Positions 28,659 to 39,918 of a stretch of 64,000 bases of DNA are shown in pieces; positions within the stretch are counted from its first letter, which is position 1, and the number at the start of each line of letters is the position of its first letter. The DNA lies in sequence record DRR723986_3489. One strand, 5' to 3'. Position numbers and translations under genes: made by a program. The notes below the pieces were generated by a model. That model saw nothing but the letters and a program-made list of their open reading frames with translations, searched no databases and was not told the DNA's origin.

Positions 28659-31517
28659 TTACCAAGTTCTTCCACCTCTTGGAGGTCCACCTCTCCAAGG
28701 CATCTGCCCACCGTCGTTTTCCGGCTGCTTGAAGTTACCCAAGATATACGTGAATGTCAGTAAGCCATAACGAGTCAATACATTGGTATAAACATCGGAT
28801 ACTGACACATCTGAGATTGTACGGGAGATGCTGTTGTTCTGATTGAGCAAATCGAAGATTACGACTTTTAGCTCAGCCTTATTGTTTTTGGCAAATCTGT
28901 ACCCAGCTTCTATATTCCATAGCCAAACAGACTGATCAAATCCCTCGGAAAGTCCGCGATACAAGCTATTGTTGATTGTATTTCCCATAAATAACTTTCC
29001 GTCATTTGGTGAATAGTACAAGCGAAGATTTGATTCTTGTACGTAGTAATTGTTTTCCAGACTTTCCTGCAAGCTTGAGTTTACAATAGTATAGGTACCG
29101 GTAGTGCTAATGGTAAAATCTAAGTTCTTACTGATGTTTGAAGTAAAAGTAATCCCCTGACCTAAGTTAATGTTATCATTGATGTTTTTCTCACCGTTAA
29201 TCATACCGGGAGATCTGTTAAATCCAATACGTGTGTTCAAGTTCATATTGGTTTTGATTCCCTTCAAAGGTGTACCATAGCTCACAAAAACAGTACTATT
29301 CATAGCCCCATCCAAATTGACAGGCATGGAGATTTGCCCTCCAGGACGAAGCAGAATTTCGTTATTGATTAAAGTATCTTGAGAAGCTATATACGTACTG
29401 TTACCGATGTTATTCTTAGTTGTAGAAAGGTTTACAAACATGAAGAAGCTTTTATTTTTCTCCATATTAAACCTACCAATATTGGCAAAGATACTGTTCT
29501 GATAGCTCTGAGCAAGATTCGGATTACCTACACTAAGGCTCAACGGGTTTTGATTATTCACCACATTCTGAAGCTGGGATACGGATGGTTCATCTGTGCT
29601 GGTTCTATACCTCACCCGGAAGTTCATACCTGTTTCTCTATTTCTATAGCTCACACTTGCGCTAGGAAGTAGGTTATTGAAATCACGTACGAATACCCCT
29701 TCTGTTGGGAAAAAAGCCTCGTTGTCCAGTTTTGCATATTGATAATCCAAGTTTGCGCTCAAATTCCATCCTGCATTATTGTATGCATAACCCGTACGTA
29801 ATCTTTGCGTGACAAACTTGTTAATAAATTCATTACTCAAGGCAGTATCCAAAACAGGGATATTGTCAGCATTGAGCACTCTCGTTTTTTGATCTGAATC
29901 AGTCTTATTGTTTCCGATCTGATAACCCAATGTAGCGATTGATTTTTCGCTTAGAGGTTCTGTAAAAGTTGCATTTACCCTATAATTAAATCCCTTAGAT
30001 AGTAAATACGTTTCTTGTAGGGTCGTATCTAATTGATTTCTACCATAGTCTTTACTAGCAGCAGAAAGCTCAGAATCTTGATCTCTATTGCTCCAAGATG
30101 TATTGATATCAGTCGATAGGGTTCTTCCTTTTTTATCAAACTTGTATCTGTAGGTAATATTATTGCCTAAACTGTATGAGCTGTTAGTAGCATTGGTAAT
30201 AGAACGAAGTGAAGAAAGCGAATCGGTACCATTGGCTAAAGTCAAGGCATCTCTGTCATTAAAGGTGTTGCTCGTCTGAAAGGAAATATTAGGGGTTATG
30301 ATCAGGGAGTTTTTCTCATTTAAATCTGCTTCAATTCTTGCATTTGCCCGGTGATTGAAGTTCTCCACCGAATTGATCAGGTTTTCCTGATAATTCTGGG
30401 TAGTGCTTTCATTAATTACCGTTTGACGATTAGTGATTTGTCTTAGAGTATTCTGTGTATTGTTGAAGAAATAGCTGCCGGTGAAATTGACTTTAGAACC
30501 CCATTTATCACTATAGTTAAGACCCATAGCGTTTGTAGTAATAGTTCCAATGTCATTTCCTCCGTAGAAATTACTGTTTCCTCCACCAAATCCACCACGA
30601 CCTCTTCCGCCACCGCCAGATGCATTAGCATTAACGCCTGCAAGATCATCACTGGAGAAATTCTGCTGGTTGATATTGTTAAATAATCCAAGAATAGAAA
30701 CCCTTCTGTCACCATTGAAAAGATTTAAGCTTCCTCCGGCGCTATATCTATCGTCTGTCCCGTAGCCGGCATACGCTCTTCCGAATTGTCCATTTTTCCT
30801 ATCTTCTCTTAATATAATGTTGATAGTCTTTGTATACGTACCATCATCAAAACCAGTCAACCGGCTTTGGTCCGATCTCTGATCCAACACTTCCACGCGG
30901 TCAATAGCATCTGCTGGCAAGTTTCTCAATGCAATATTTGGGTCAGAGCCGAAAAATTCTCTCCCATCAACCAATATCTTTTGAACATTTTCTCCCTGCG
31001 CCTGTACCTGACCATTTTGGATTGTTACCCCTGGTAATTTCCTTACAAGGTCTTCTGCCATTCCATTTTCTTTTGTCTTAAATGCACTGGCATTGAAGGA
31101 AGTCGTATCGCCCCTCATTTCACCTAATGGACTTTGACCTTCGATAATGACTTCGCCTAAAACCTGCGCATCTTCTACAAGAGTCAATACCCCAAGTTCT
31201 ACAGATTCTCGCCCAGTATGGACTTTGGAAATGGTTTCATAACCAATGAACTTGATTTCTATTTTTACTGAAGGTATTCTTGGTCTAGCGATTTCAAATT
31301 GCCCCTTGGCGTCAGTTACCGTGCCTGCCAGAAGAGAATCTGTCACTGTTTTAATCAGGACATTTGCTCCTGCCATCGGCGTCTTAGTAGCTCCATCCAT
31401 GACGGTACCAGTGAATTTTCTTTCCGGACGGTCTTCACCTGTAGGCCGTTGTCCATAAGCTGTATAGCTCATTAATAGGCTAAAAATCAGAACTATAACT
31501 AGGTAGTGTTTTTTCAT
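28659..31517 (-). CDS. TonB-dependent-receptor-like outer-membrane beta-barrel with N-terminal carboxypeptidase-regulatory-like domain
   Basis: Signal peptide from MKKHY; GTVMDG...GANV...GTVTDAKGQF; plug EDLVRKLPGV...ILVDGREFFG; barrel strands; GNPNL; DLLNQN. Confidence 0.85.
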   Translation of the reverse strand: MKKHYLVIVLIFSLLMSYTAYGQRPTGEDRPERKFTGTVMDGATKTPMAGANVLIKTVTDSLLAGTVTDAKGQFEIARPRIPSVKIEIKFIGYETISKVHTGRESVELGVLTLVEDAQVLGEVIIEGQSPLGEMRGDTTSFNASAFKTKENGMAEDLVRKLPGVTIQNGQVQAQGENVQKILVDGREFFGSDPNIALRNLPADAIDRVEVLDQRSDQSRLTGFDDGTYTKTINIILREDRKNGQFGRAYAGYGTDDRYSAGGSLNLFNGDRRVSILGLFNNINQQNFSSDDLAGVNANASGGGGRGRGGFGGGNSNFYGGNDIGTITTNAMGLNYSDKWGSKVNFTGSYFFNNTQNTLRQITNRQTVINESTTQNYQENLINSVENFNHRANARIEADLNEKNSLIITPNISFQTSNTFNDRDALTLANGTDSLSSLRSITNATNSSYSLGNNITYRYKFDKKGRTLSTDINTSWSNRDQDSELSAASKDYGRNQLDTTLQETYLLSKGFNYRVNATFTEPLSEKSIATLGYQIGNNKTDSDQKTRVLNADNIPVLDTALSNEFINKFVTQRLRTGYAYNNAGWNLSANLDYQYAKLDNEAFFPTEGVFVRDFNNLLPSASVSYRNRETGMNFRVRYRTSTDEPSVSQLQNVVNNQNPLSLSVGNPNLAQSYQNSIFANIGRFNMEKNKSFFMFVNLSTTKNNIGNSTYIASQDTLINNEILLRPGGQISMPVNLDGAMNSTVFVSYGTPLKGIKTNMNLNTRIGFNRSPGMINGEKNINDNINLGQGITFTSNISKNLDFTISTTGTYTIVNSSLQESLENNYYVQESNLRLYYSPNDGKLFMGNTINNSLYRGLSEGFDQSVWLWNIEAGYRFAKNNKAELKVVIFDLLNQNNSISRTISDVSVSDVYTNVLTRYGLLTFTYILGNFKQPENDGGQMPWRGGPPRGGRTW

Positions 31518-31642
31518 AATTATGCGAATTTCTAACACTTTGACTGATAAGCAATGTCAAAGGTTTATTCAGCATCTTAAGAAAAATAAGAATGGATGTT
31601 CAAGCGGATAAATGGTGTAAAAACCATTTAAAAATCAAAAAA

Positions 31643-31978
31643 CTAAATTTTTCCCATTAGGTCTACATAAGAGATTCCAAAGTGGCTGTTGTCATAGATG
31701 ACATTTCCGCTTTTGATCAACAAAACTTGCGGAGATTCATGCGGTACACCAAATTCTCTTGCGACCTGATTCGACAATTCTCTATTGGCAATCAAATCCA
31801 AGTAATAAGGCTCCACTTTCTCATTATCGGAGGTTTGCCATTTTCGTGTCAAACGATCCATAGACATGCTACTGATCGAGCAGCTCGTGCTGTGCTTAAA
31901 AATCAAAACAGGTTTTTCCTTGCTCAAAGACTTTATTTCTTCGATTTGGCCAGCTTCGGTAAGTTTATTCCAATTCAT
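31643..31978 (-). CDS. ytxJ: Bacillithiol-system monothiol redox protein YtxJ (DUF2847)
   Basis: IFKHSTSCSIS, YYLDLI, HESPQVLLI. Confidence 0.88.
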   Translation of the reverse strand: MNWNKLTEAGQIEEIKSLSKEKPVLIFKHSTSCSISSMSMDRLTRKWQTSDNEKVEPYYLDLIANRELSNQVAREFGVPHESPQVLLIKSGNVIYDNSHFGISYVDLMGKI

Positions 31979-32049
31979 ATTCTCGAATTTTTATTTTTGG
32001 GGCAATAGTTGTAGGGGATAGATCATCCATTGAAAACCAAACTTCAATT

Positions 32050-33453
32050 ATGAAATTACAGTTCCACCGGAGATTTATAAACCTTTCTTTACCTATTGCT
32101 TTAATTGGTTTTGCCTTGTTTTCCTGCAAAAGCATAAATCCTGCTGCAAATCCAGGACCATCCACACCTCCGCCTATTGCTTCAGCAGGAGTAAATGTGC
32201 CGTTGAAAATCCCAAAGGAAACTTTGACCAAATTATTGAATAGTCAAATCCCCACTACTTTACTCCAAGAAAAAGGAATGGACATGGGAAGTGGAATTAC
32301 TGGTGATTTAGAACTCAAGAGAAATGGAACCATCAAATGGTCGGCTCTGGATAGTCAGCGAATTCAATTGACTGTCCCAATAAATGTAGTCGGAGAATTA
32401 GGTCTCAAGCCGAAAGGGCTGGGAAGCTTATTTCAGTCCAAATTGCCTCTGAATGAAGATTTTTCACCTGTTTTTATTATTGACCCTGTGATCAATGCTA
32501 ATTGGGGAATAGGTGCTGAAAGCTTTGAATTGGTAGAGCTGGGAGGAAATTTAGCCATAGATGTATTAGGAATGAAGGTGGATCTAAGTGGCCTACTTAG
32601 TAAGGAATTACAAAAATGGGGTAATGTAAATCTTACTGACGGAAAGGAAATAGCAAGTTTGAAAACTCTAGTGGATTTAGCTTGGGCCCAGGTCGGGAAG
32701 CCTTTTTCCATAGATTGGATTGGAGGAAATACTGCATTTTCCATCCAACCTCAGCAGGTAAAAATAAATGAGTTTTTTGATGCTGTCCAGAATTATAACC
32801 TCTGGCTAGGAATGGATGGGAAAGTAAATTCTCATCCTGCTGATGCTGCGCCAACTCGAGCATTTCCACTTCCTGGTCTCAGCTCGAATGAAAACTCAGC
32901 AAATGAGCTAGAAATACTCATTCCTCTAGGTGTGAGCTATTCCACTCTGGATGAGCTCTTGCAGCAAAATTTGGATGGGAAAGCATTTCGAGTGGATAAA
33001 AAGACCATAATGATTCCCTCCAATATCAGTACCCAAGCTTTTGGAGATTTATTAGCTATAAATATGGACTTCAAGGCCGAGCAGACCAATGGAAAAACGG
33101 TCAGCGGGACACTATTTGTAGTAGGAAAACCAGCATATGATCCAGATTCTCAAAGCCTCAAATTTGAAGATATCAACTTTAAAATGGAAACGGGAAGCTT
33201 TGGAGCGCAGACTGGAGTTGGGTTGAAAAAACGCAAGATTATTCGTAGAATCGAAGACAGAGCCATTTTCCCTATTGGGGATGTTTTGGAAGAAAGCTTC
33301 GGGAGTATCACAGAACGATTGGGTCTTAGTACCCCAATCCTTAATTTAAAAATTGCTGACCTCACTATTCAGCCTTCCGGATTTTACCCAATGGCGAAAG
33401 AATTGGTAATTCATATGAAAGCCAGTGGAGAAGTGGATGTGAAGTGGAAATGA
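32050..33453 (+). CDS. DUF4403-like lipoprotein
   Basis: Lipobox LFSC; long beta-rich body; GTLFVVGKPAYD. Confidence 0.65.
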   Translation: MKLQFHRRFINLSLPIALIGFALFSCKSINPAANPGPSTPPPIASAGVNVPLKIPKETLTKLLNSQIPTTLLQEKGMDMGSGITGDLELKRNGTIKWSALDSQRIQLTVPINVVGELGLKPKGLGSLFQSKLPLNEDFSPVFIIDPVINANWGIGAESFELVELGGNLAIDVLGMKVDLSGLLSKELQKWGNVNLTDGKEIASLKTLVDLAWAQVGKPFSIDWIGGNTAFSIQPQQVKINEFFDAVQNYNLWLGMDGKVNSHPADAAPTRAFPLPGLSSNENSANELEILIPLGVSYSTLDELLQQNLDGKAFRVDKKTIMIPSNISTQAFGDLLAINMDFKAEQTNGKTVSGTLFVVGKPAYDPDSQSLKFEDINFKMETGSFGAQTGVGLKKRKIIRRIEDRAIFPIGDVLEESFGSITERLGLSTPILNLKIADLTIQPSGFYPMAKELVIHMKASGEVDVKWK

Positions 33454-33540
33454 GGTAGAATAGAACAGCGAAACTTGGATTCTCTGCCATGTTGACAGCT
33501 TGATTAAATGGAATAATAATTGGTAAATTACTGTAAATCA

Positions 33541-33720
33541 ATGCCAATGATACCATTTCGCAAATTTTTAAGACCTGCCCGCCGATTAGTTTGGGCCTTG
33601 ATTGTGGCCTTCATGGTGGGTGTTCACAACTTCTACAAGCAAGAAATGGACTCTGCTGATTCTATTGTGTCATCTATTCAAATGGACGAAGAGCAGGATG
33701 ATTCTTCTCCCAAAGATTAA
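33541..33720 (+). CDS. Small hypothetical single-TM protein
   Basis: Basic N-terminus, TM helix, acidic tail; about 59 aa. Confidence 0.5.
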   Translation: MPMIPFRKFLRPARRLVWALIVAFMVGVHNFYKQEMDSADSIVSSIQMDEEQDDSSPKD

Positions 33721-33760
33721 AAAAAGAGCCAAGACTCTTCATTCTAAGATCTTGGCTCTT
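33719..33760 (-). terminator. Terminator of the acs operon
   Basis: AAGAGCCAAGA...TCTTGGCTCTT stem with an A-tract on the plus strand. Confidence 0.65.
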
Positions 33761-33784
33761 GGCTTGGAAGTTTTGGTTCCAAAT

Positions 33785-35677
33785 TTACTTTTTCCCTTCA
33801 ATAATCTGCTTCACGACATCTGGATCAAGCAGCGTGCTCGTATCGCCCATATTATCAAGTGATCCTTCAGCCACTTTGCGCAGGATTCTGCGCATAATTT
33901 TCCCAGATCGCGTTTTTGGGAGCCCTGGAACCAACTGGATTTTATCCGGTTTGGCAATTGGGCCGATTATCTTAGAAACCATTTCCTTGATCTCATTGAT
34001 CAGATTATCCTCCGTACGATTAGTCAAATCAGCAATTACATAAGCATAGATTCCTTGACCTTTGACCTCATGTGGATAACCAACCACTGCGGATTCAATC
34101 ACCTTTGGATGCTCATTAATCGCATTTTCCACTTCTGCAGTTCCCATTCTATGGCCAGACACATTGATCACATCGTCTACACGGCCAAGAATTCTATAAT
34201 ATCCGTCATGATCACGTTTCACGCCATCACCGGTAAAGTACATTCCCTTGTAAGTCGAGAAATAAGTTTGCTTGCAACGCTCATGGTCACCATAAGTGGT
34301 TCGTATCATGGATGGCCATGGGAACTTGATGCAGAGATTTCCCTCCACAGAATTCCCCGTTAATTCGTTTCCTTCTGGGTCTACGATACAAAGTTGAACT
34401 CCAGGAAGTGGAAGAGTAGCAAAAGCGGGTTTGGTAGGAGTGATTCCCGCAATCGGAGATACCATGATTCCCCCAGTTTCCGTTTGCCACCAAGTATCCA
34501 CAATAGGGCATTTATTTTTACCGATGTGTGTGTGGTACCAATGCCACGCTTCTTCGTTAATAGGCTCACCCACCGAACCAAGTACCTTCAGAGAGCTTAG
34601 GTCATATTTTTCAATCTCTACTGTTCCATATGCTTGTAATGCTCTTATGGCCGTAGGGGCGGTGTAGAACACATTCACTTTGTGCTTTTCCACTACAGCC
34701 CAAAATCGTCCACAATCTGGAAAAGTCGGAACTCCTTCAAACATTAGCGTAGTAGCACCGGCCAAAAGTGGCCCGTAAACTATGTAGGAATGTCCAGTAA
34801 TCCAGCCGACATCCGCAGTGCACCAATACACATCCCCTTCGGAATATTGGAATACGTTGTCAAAGGAATACTGAGAATAAACCATGTATCCTCCTGTCGT
34901 GTGAACCACGCCTTTTGGCTTACCAGTAGAACCAGAAGTATAGAGTATGAAAAGCATGTCTTCACTGTCCATTTCTTCCGCAGCACATTCCTGAGACTCC
35001 TCAGCTATCACATCATGCCACCAGAAATCGCGACCCTCTTTCATGGTCACTTCTTGTTTGGTTCGCTCGTAAACAATTACTGTTTCTACTGATGATTTCT
35101 CTAAAGCCTCATCTACGACTGCTTTCACGGCTATTTTCTTGCTGCCACGGAAATTCCCATCAGAAGTTAAAATTGCTTTTGCCTCGCAATCATTTACTCT
35201 ATCTGCTAAAGCTGAACTGGAAAAACCAGCAAAGACAACGGAGTGAATTGCACCTATTCTGGCACAGGCAAGCATTGCAATAGCAGCTTCCGGCACCATC
35301 GGCATGTAAATAATTACCTTATCCCCTTTACCTATTCCTTTCCTTTTCAGCGCATTTGCAAAGCGATTTACTTCATAAAAAAGCTCTTTATAAGTAAGAG
35401 TTCTGCCAGCTTCACTGGGGTCATTTGCCTCCCAGATTATTGCTGGGCGATCTCCAATAGTAAATAGGTGGCGTTCAAAAATATTCTCCGTGATGTTGAG
35501 TTTTGCATTCAAAAACCACTTTACATCAGGCTCGTCGAAGTTCCATTTCAATACCTTAGACCAGCGTTTTCTCCAATGAAATGAATCTGCAATTCTAGCC
35601 CAAAACTCCTCAGGCTGGGTTACACTTTTTTGGTATTCGTAGAGGTACCCGCTGAGGGTATGAATTCTGTCACTCAT
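33785..35677 (-). CDS. acs: Acetate-CoA ligase
   Basis: YTSGSTGKPKG, DTWWQTETGG, LPKTRSGKIMRR. Confidence 0.98.
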   Translation of the reverse strand: MSDRIHTLSGYLYEYQKSVTQPEEFWARIADSFHWRKRWSKVLKWNFDEPDVKWFLNAKLNITENIFERHLFTIGDRPAIIWEANDPSEAGRTLTYKELFYEVNRFANALKRKGIGKGDKVIIYMPMVPEAAIAMLACARIGAIHSVVFAGFSSSALADRVNDCEAKAILTSDGNFRGSKKIAVKAVVDEALEKSSVETVIVYERTKQEVTMKEGRDFWWHDVIAEESQECAAEEMDSEDMLFILYTSGSTGKPKGVVHTTGGYMVYSQYSFDNVFQYSEGDVYWCTADVGWITGHSYIVYGPLLAGATTLMFEGVPTFPDCGRFWAVVEKHKVNVFYTAPTAIRALQAYGTVEIEKYDLSSLKVLGSVGEPINEEAWHWYHTHIGKNKCPIVDTWWQTETGGIMVSPIAGITPTKPAFATLPLPGVQLCIVDPEGNELTGNSVEGNLCIKFPWPSMIRTTYGDHERCKQTYFSTYKGMYFTGDGVKRDHDGYYRILGRVDDVINVSGHRMGTAEVENAINEHPKVIESAVVGYPHEVKGQGIYAYVIADLTNRTEDNLINEIKEMVSKIIGPIAKPDKIQLVPGLPKTRSGKIMRRILRKVAEGSLDNMGDTSTLLDPDVVKQIIEGKK

Positions 35678-35725
35678 GATAATCTTGGTTTATTGTTTTC
35701 AATTTCGGGTTAAATCTGCCCTAAT

Positions 35726-37411
35726 TTAATGATCCTGCGCTTTACCAGCACCACGTGGAATCCTAATTTCCTCCACCATGTCCTGCACCTCTTGAGGTGG
35801 TGGTGGCGTCAAGTGGGAAATAATCCCACATACTAGAAAATTAAGAATCATACCTATAGATCCTATTCCTTCAGGAGATACTCCAAACCACCAGTTATCC
35901 GCAGTATTCATCTCTGGGCTGATAAATTTGAAATAAACGATATAGGCAATTGTAAATACCAAGCCGGTAATCATTCCTGCGATAGCTCCTTCTTTGTTTA
36001 TTCTCGTAGAGAAAATACCCATGATAATTACAGGGAAAAAGGATGCGGCCGCTAAGCCAAATGCAAAGGCCACCACCTGAGCGACAAACCCAGGAGGATT
36101 TACTCCAAAATACCCCGCAAGAAGAACAGCACCGGCAGCTGCAAAACGGGCAATCCTTAATTCCTTTTTATCCGAAATATCAGGTCTGAACGTCTTAAAT
36201 AAGTCTCTGGAAACTGAAGTAGAGATCACCAAAAGCAAGCCCGCAGCTGTAGAAAGTGCAGCTGCCATCGCTCCAGCAGCAACCAATCCGACTACCCAGT
36301 TTGGAAGCTTGGCAATCTCCGGACTTGCCAACACCATAATATCTCTATCAATCGTCAGTTCGTTTGCATCCGGATCTGCGACATATTGGACTTTCCCATC
36401 TCCATTCTTATCATCTACTTTGATAAGATCTGTTTTTTGCCAAGTGGCAATCCAATCCGGAAGCTCAGAAATATTTTTCTCTGAAGTAGTTTCTATTGCA
36501 TTATACATTCCAAAAGCAGCTATCGCAGGAGCAGTGGTGTATAGTATAGCAATAAATACCAAAGCATAGCCCGCAGAAAGTCTTGCATCTTTGACTCTAG
36601 GGACCGTGAAAAAACGAACAATCACATGCGGCAAACCAGCTGTTCCAACCATCAAAGCCAGCGTAATCATAAACATGTCCGTGATACTTTTCCTTCCGGA
36701 AGTATAAGCAGCAAAACCAAGCTCAGTAAGCACTCCATCCAATTTATCGAGAAGCGGAGTTCCATCTGCTACAGACCCTCCCAGACCAAGTTGAGGAATC
36801 GCATTTCCTGTCAGCTGCATAGAAATGAAGATCGCAGGCACCATATACGCGAAGATCAACACACAATACTGAGCTACTTGCGTGTACGTGATGCCTTTCA
36901 TTCCACCCAAAACAGCATAGAAGAAAACTATACACATCCCGATGACTACGCCCCATTCGATAGGAACTTCCAAGTATCTGGAAAACACGATTCCAACGCC
37001 TCGCATCTGCCCAGCCACATAGGTGAAGGAGATAAATAAGGCACAGATCACTGCAACCACTTTAGCAGTTTTAGAATAATATCGGTCTCCCACAAAGTCC
37101 GGAACAGTGAATTTTCCGAATTTCCGAAGATAAGGAGCGAGTAGAAGTGCAAGCAAAACGTACCCACCAGTCCAGCCCATCAAATAAACCGAGCCATCAT
37201 ATCCGGCAAAGGAAATGATGCCAGCCATAGAGATAAAGGAAGCGGCAGACATCCAGTCTGCAGCGGTTGCCATGCCGTTTGCCAAAGGTGAAACGCCTCC
37301 ACCAGCAACGTAAAATTCTTGCGTAGATCCAGCTCTAGACCAGATAGCAATGCCAATATAAAGTGCGAAAGATAAGCCTACTAGAATGTAGGTCCAGGTT
37401 AAAATTTCCAT
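35726..37411 (-). CDS. actP: Cation/acetate symporter (SSS family, ActP-like)
   Basis: NGMATAADWMSAASF, GTAGLPHVIVRFFT; adjacent to acs. Confidence 0.85.
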   Translation of the reverse strand: MEILTWTYILVGLSFALYIGIAIWSRAGSTQEFYVAGGGVSPLANGMATAADWMSAASFISMAGIISFAGYDGSVYLMGWTGGYVLLALLLAPYLRKFGKFTVPDFVGDRYYSKTAKVVAVICALFISFTYVAGQMRGVGIVFSRYLEVPIEWGVVIGMCIVFFYAVLGGMKGITYTQVAQYCVLIFAYMVPAIFISMQLTGNAIPQLGLGGSVADGTPLLDKLDGVLTELGFAAYTSGRKSITDMFMITLALMVGTAGLPHVIVRFFTVPRVKDARLSAGYALVFIAILYTTAPAIAAFGMYNAIETTSEKNISELPDWIATWQKTDLIKVDDKNGDGKVQYVADPDANELTIDRDIMVLASPEIAKLPNWVVGLVAAGAMAAALSTAAGLLLVISTSVSRDLFKTFRPDISDKKELRIARFAAAGAVLLAGYFGVNPPGFVAQVVAFAFGLAAASFFPVIIMGIFSTRINKEGAIAGMITGLVFTIAYIVYFKFISPEMNTADNWWFGVSPEGIGSIGMILNFLVCGIISHLTPPPPQEVQDMVEEIRIPRGAGKAQDH

Positions 37412-37430
37412 AGTTTTTTAGCTTAAAAAG

Positions 37431-37694
37431 TTATTCCTCGTCCACATCAAATTCCCTATCCAACCTGTTCATCCGAACTACATAGACAAAAATCAGAATC
37501 ACAAAAGCGAAAATTGATCCTTGCTGGGCAAACCAGAATCCAAGCTTGTATCCGCCAAGACGAAATTCATTAAGTTCATTGACGAAAAGAATGCCGCAGC
37601 CGAAAGAAACGATAAACCAGACGAGTAAGAGTATAAAAAGTGTTTGGAGGTTTTTCCTCCAGTAAGCTTTCATTTTGTCATTGTGTGTGGGCAT
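37431..37694 (-). CDS. DUF4212 small membrane partner of the symporter
   Basis: AYWRKN...LGFWFAQQGSI...RMNRLD. Confidence 0.85.
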   Translation of the reverse strand: MPTHNDKMKAYWRKNLQTLFILLLVWFIVSFGCGILFVNELNEFRLGGYKLGFWFAQQGSIFAFVILIFVYVVRMNRLDREFDVDEE

Positions 37695-37880
37695 ATTTTG
37701 GGATTTAGGTTGAGAACGTAATAATCCCTTGAAACTAGTCAATGCAACCGTAGGAATGCAAACTGTTTTCTGTGAAATATTCAAAAACTAGCCGTATTGA
37801 AAGAAAAAACTAAGTACTGACAAACTTAGCAGATACTATTGTGAATTAAACCTTCAAAAATGAGTGCTGTAAAAAGCTAA

Positions 37881-38636
37881 TCATTTCATAAAAAACTCTG
37901 ACAGAATTGCCAGACCAGCAGCGAGAAAACTTACTAACAATTTGTTGAGCTGAAACTTGTGATGAGGGCTGCTTTCAAAAAAGATGGTGGTAGAAATATG
38001 CAAAAAACCTCCTGCTACTAAACCGTATAAAATTCCTATTCCTTGTTTTTCGAGAATTCCACTTTCGAATAAAAATGAACTTGACATCATCCCAAGCGGA
38101 GAAGCCAAGGCAAAAAGCGTCAGTAATAATAAAGTTGTCTTTTTACTCAAAGAACTGGAAAGCACCGCTGCTAACGCAAATGCCGCAGGTCCTTTGTGTA
38201 GAATTATCCCCAGTAACACAGTTTTGCTATTGTGCACATGACCAAGGACATGTTCACCTTGATCCATCAATTCTCCATGGGAAAGCAAAGTACCCTCCAG
38301 AAAAGCATGAATAAACAAGCCTACCATAATGGTCATCATCGCTTTGCTACCCTGATGCTCATGTGCGTGAATATGCCCATGCTCAACGCCACTGGACCAG
38401 AATTCCAGCAATTGCTGTAGCAAAAATCCGATCAGAATGTACAGCCCCATTCTTTTACTGGAAAATCCACTGTCAAAGAGTTCGGGCAAAATATGGAGAA
38501 TGGTAATCGCAAAGAGATAGGAACCAGCAAATACCAGAACCAGACGGAAATATTTCTCTCTGAAATTGGGAGCGAAAAATACCAATGATCCGGAGATCAT
38601 CGCTGTGAGAAATAAAAGTAAAAATTTGAATTCCAT
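37881..38636 (-). CDS. ZIP family metal transporter
   Basis: HILPE, His-rich loop HGHIHAHEH, HAFLEG, LHKGP. Confidence 0.88.
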   Translation of the reverse strand: MEFKFLLLFLTAMISGSLVFFAPNFREKYFRLVLVFAGSYLFAITILHILPELFDSGFSSKRMGLYILIGFLLQQLLEFWSSGVEHGHIHAHEHQGSKAMMTIMVGLFIHAFLEGTLLSHGELMDQGEHVLGHVHNSKTVLLGIILHKGPAAFALAAVLSSSLSKKTTLLLLTLFALASPLGMMSSSFLFESGILEKQGIGILYGLVAGGFLHISTTIFFESSPHHKFQLNKLLVSFLAAGLAILSEFFMK

Positions 38637-38725
38637 CGGCCTGAGTTACTTTTCTTTTTCTGTTGAAAAGGAGAAAGTGATAACTCAGGCAAAGGTAATA
38701 AAATTCAATAATGTTGCATTTAAAA

Positions 38726-39796
38726 TTAATTTTCCTGTACAAAAGACAAGAATGGCTTCAAGCTTTCACTTGCAAAAGTCTTAAATCCTCCTTGCCCATC
38801 ATCGTAAATCAAGAATACTTCTATTTCACTAAGTGCAGAATCCAAGGCGATGGCTTTGTCTTTTCCCATCACCATCATTGCCGTAGCATAGGCATCTGCA
38901 GTCATGCAGTTATCGGCCAAAACAGTCGCACTGAGCAACGTATGATTAACAGGATAACCTGTGGCAGGGTTGATGGTATGTGAGATTTTTACAGAATCAC
39001 GCACATAGTAATTTCTATAGTTTCCCGAAGTAGCCATTCCACGATTTTGCAAAGCGATGATACTGATCAAGTCTGAGGCATTGGCGGATTCCTCTGGGCG
39101 ATTGACACCGACTTTCCAAAGCTCACCTTTTTCGTTTGTCCCGTTAGCCACAAGCTCGCCTCCGATTTCCACCAGGTAATTTGATACTCCTTTATTTTTC
39201 AAAAACTCAGCAACTACATCGGACCCATAGCCTTTTGCGATAGCAGAAAAATCCAGGTAAATACCTGACACTTTTTTGCGAAGCTGCTTTTGATCAAACT
39301 CGATTTTAGAAAAGCCCACGGTCGCCAGCAGATTTTTAATATCCACGCTGTCCTTAAGTTCTGGTCCGCTTGGGCCAAAACCCCAGATGTTCACAAGAGG
39401 TCCTACAGTCGGATCAAAGGCGCCATCTGTGTTGTCGAAAACAACCTTAGACTGCTGCAATACCGGAAGTAAATAGGGCAGGTTAAAATCCAGCGTGTCT
39501 CCTTGATTAAACTGGCTTAGTTCGGAGTCTGGGATGTAAGTAGAAAGGCTTTGATTGAAAACCACCAGAAGTGAATCGATAGAATTTTGTAAATCGCGGC
39601 TTTCTTCATCCAGATAGGTGATGTTATAAGTTGTCCCCATGGTTTTACCCGAAAGAGTCATTTTCCCAGCAACCGCAACTGTAGTTTCCGTTAATTCTGT
39701 CTCGGTCTTGTCACGATTGCGCCAGGAGTAAACCAGCATAATAGCTACTAGGAGAACAATGGAATAAATGATGTTTTTACGGGCGTTAGGGCGCAT
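38726..39796 (-). CDS. apbE: FAD:protein FMN transferase
   Basis: TMGT, FDPTVGPLV, DFSAIAKGY, ATSGNYRNY, HTINPATG, ADAYATA. Confidence 0.93.
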   Translation of the reverse strand: MRPNARKNIIYSIVLLVAIMLVYSWRNRDKTETELTETTVAVAGKMTLSGKTMGTTYNITYLDEESRDLQNSIDSLLVVFNQSLSTYIPDSELSQFNQGDTLDFNLPYLLPVLQQSKVVFDNTDGAFDPTVGPLVNIWGFGPSGPELKDSVDIKNLLATVGFSKIEFDQKQLRKKVSGIYLDFSAIAKGYGSDVVAEFLKNKGVSNYLVEIGGELVANGTNEKGELWKVGVNRPEESANASDLISIIALQNRGMATSGNYRNYYVRDSVKISHTINPATGYPVNHTLLSATVLADNCMTADAYATAMMVMGKDKAIALDSALSEIEVFLIYDDGQGGFKTFASESLKPFLSFVQEN

Positions 39797-39918
39797 GAGC
39801 TTATGAATTTGAGGGCAAATTTAAGGCTTATTTTTGGGTTTCGCAGGAAAGCTAGCAATTCAAAAAGGGAGAAGAAGGCGTTCGTATTTTTCTATATTTG
39901 TGTGCGTACGGACAAACT

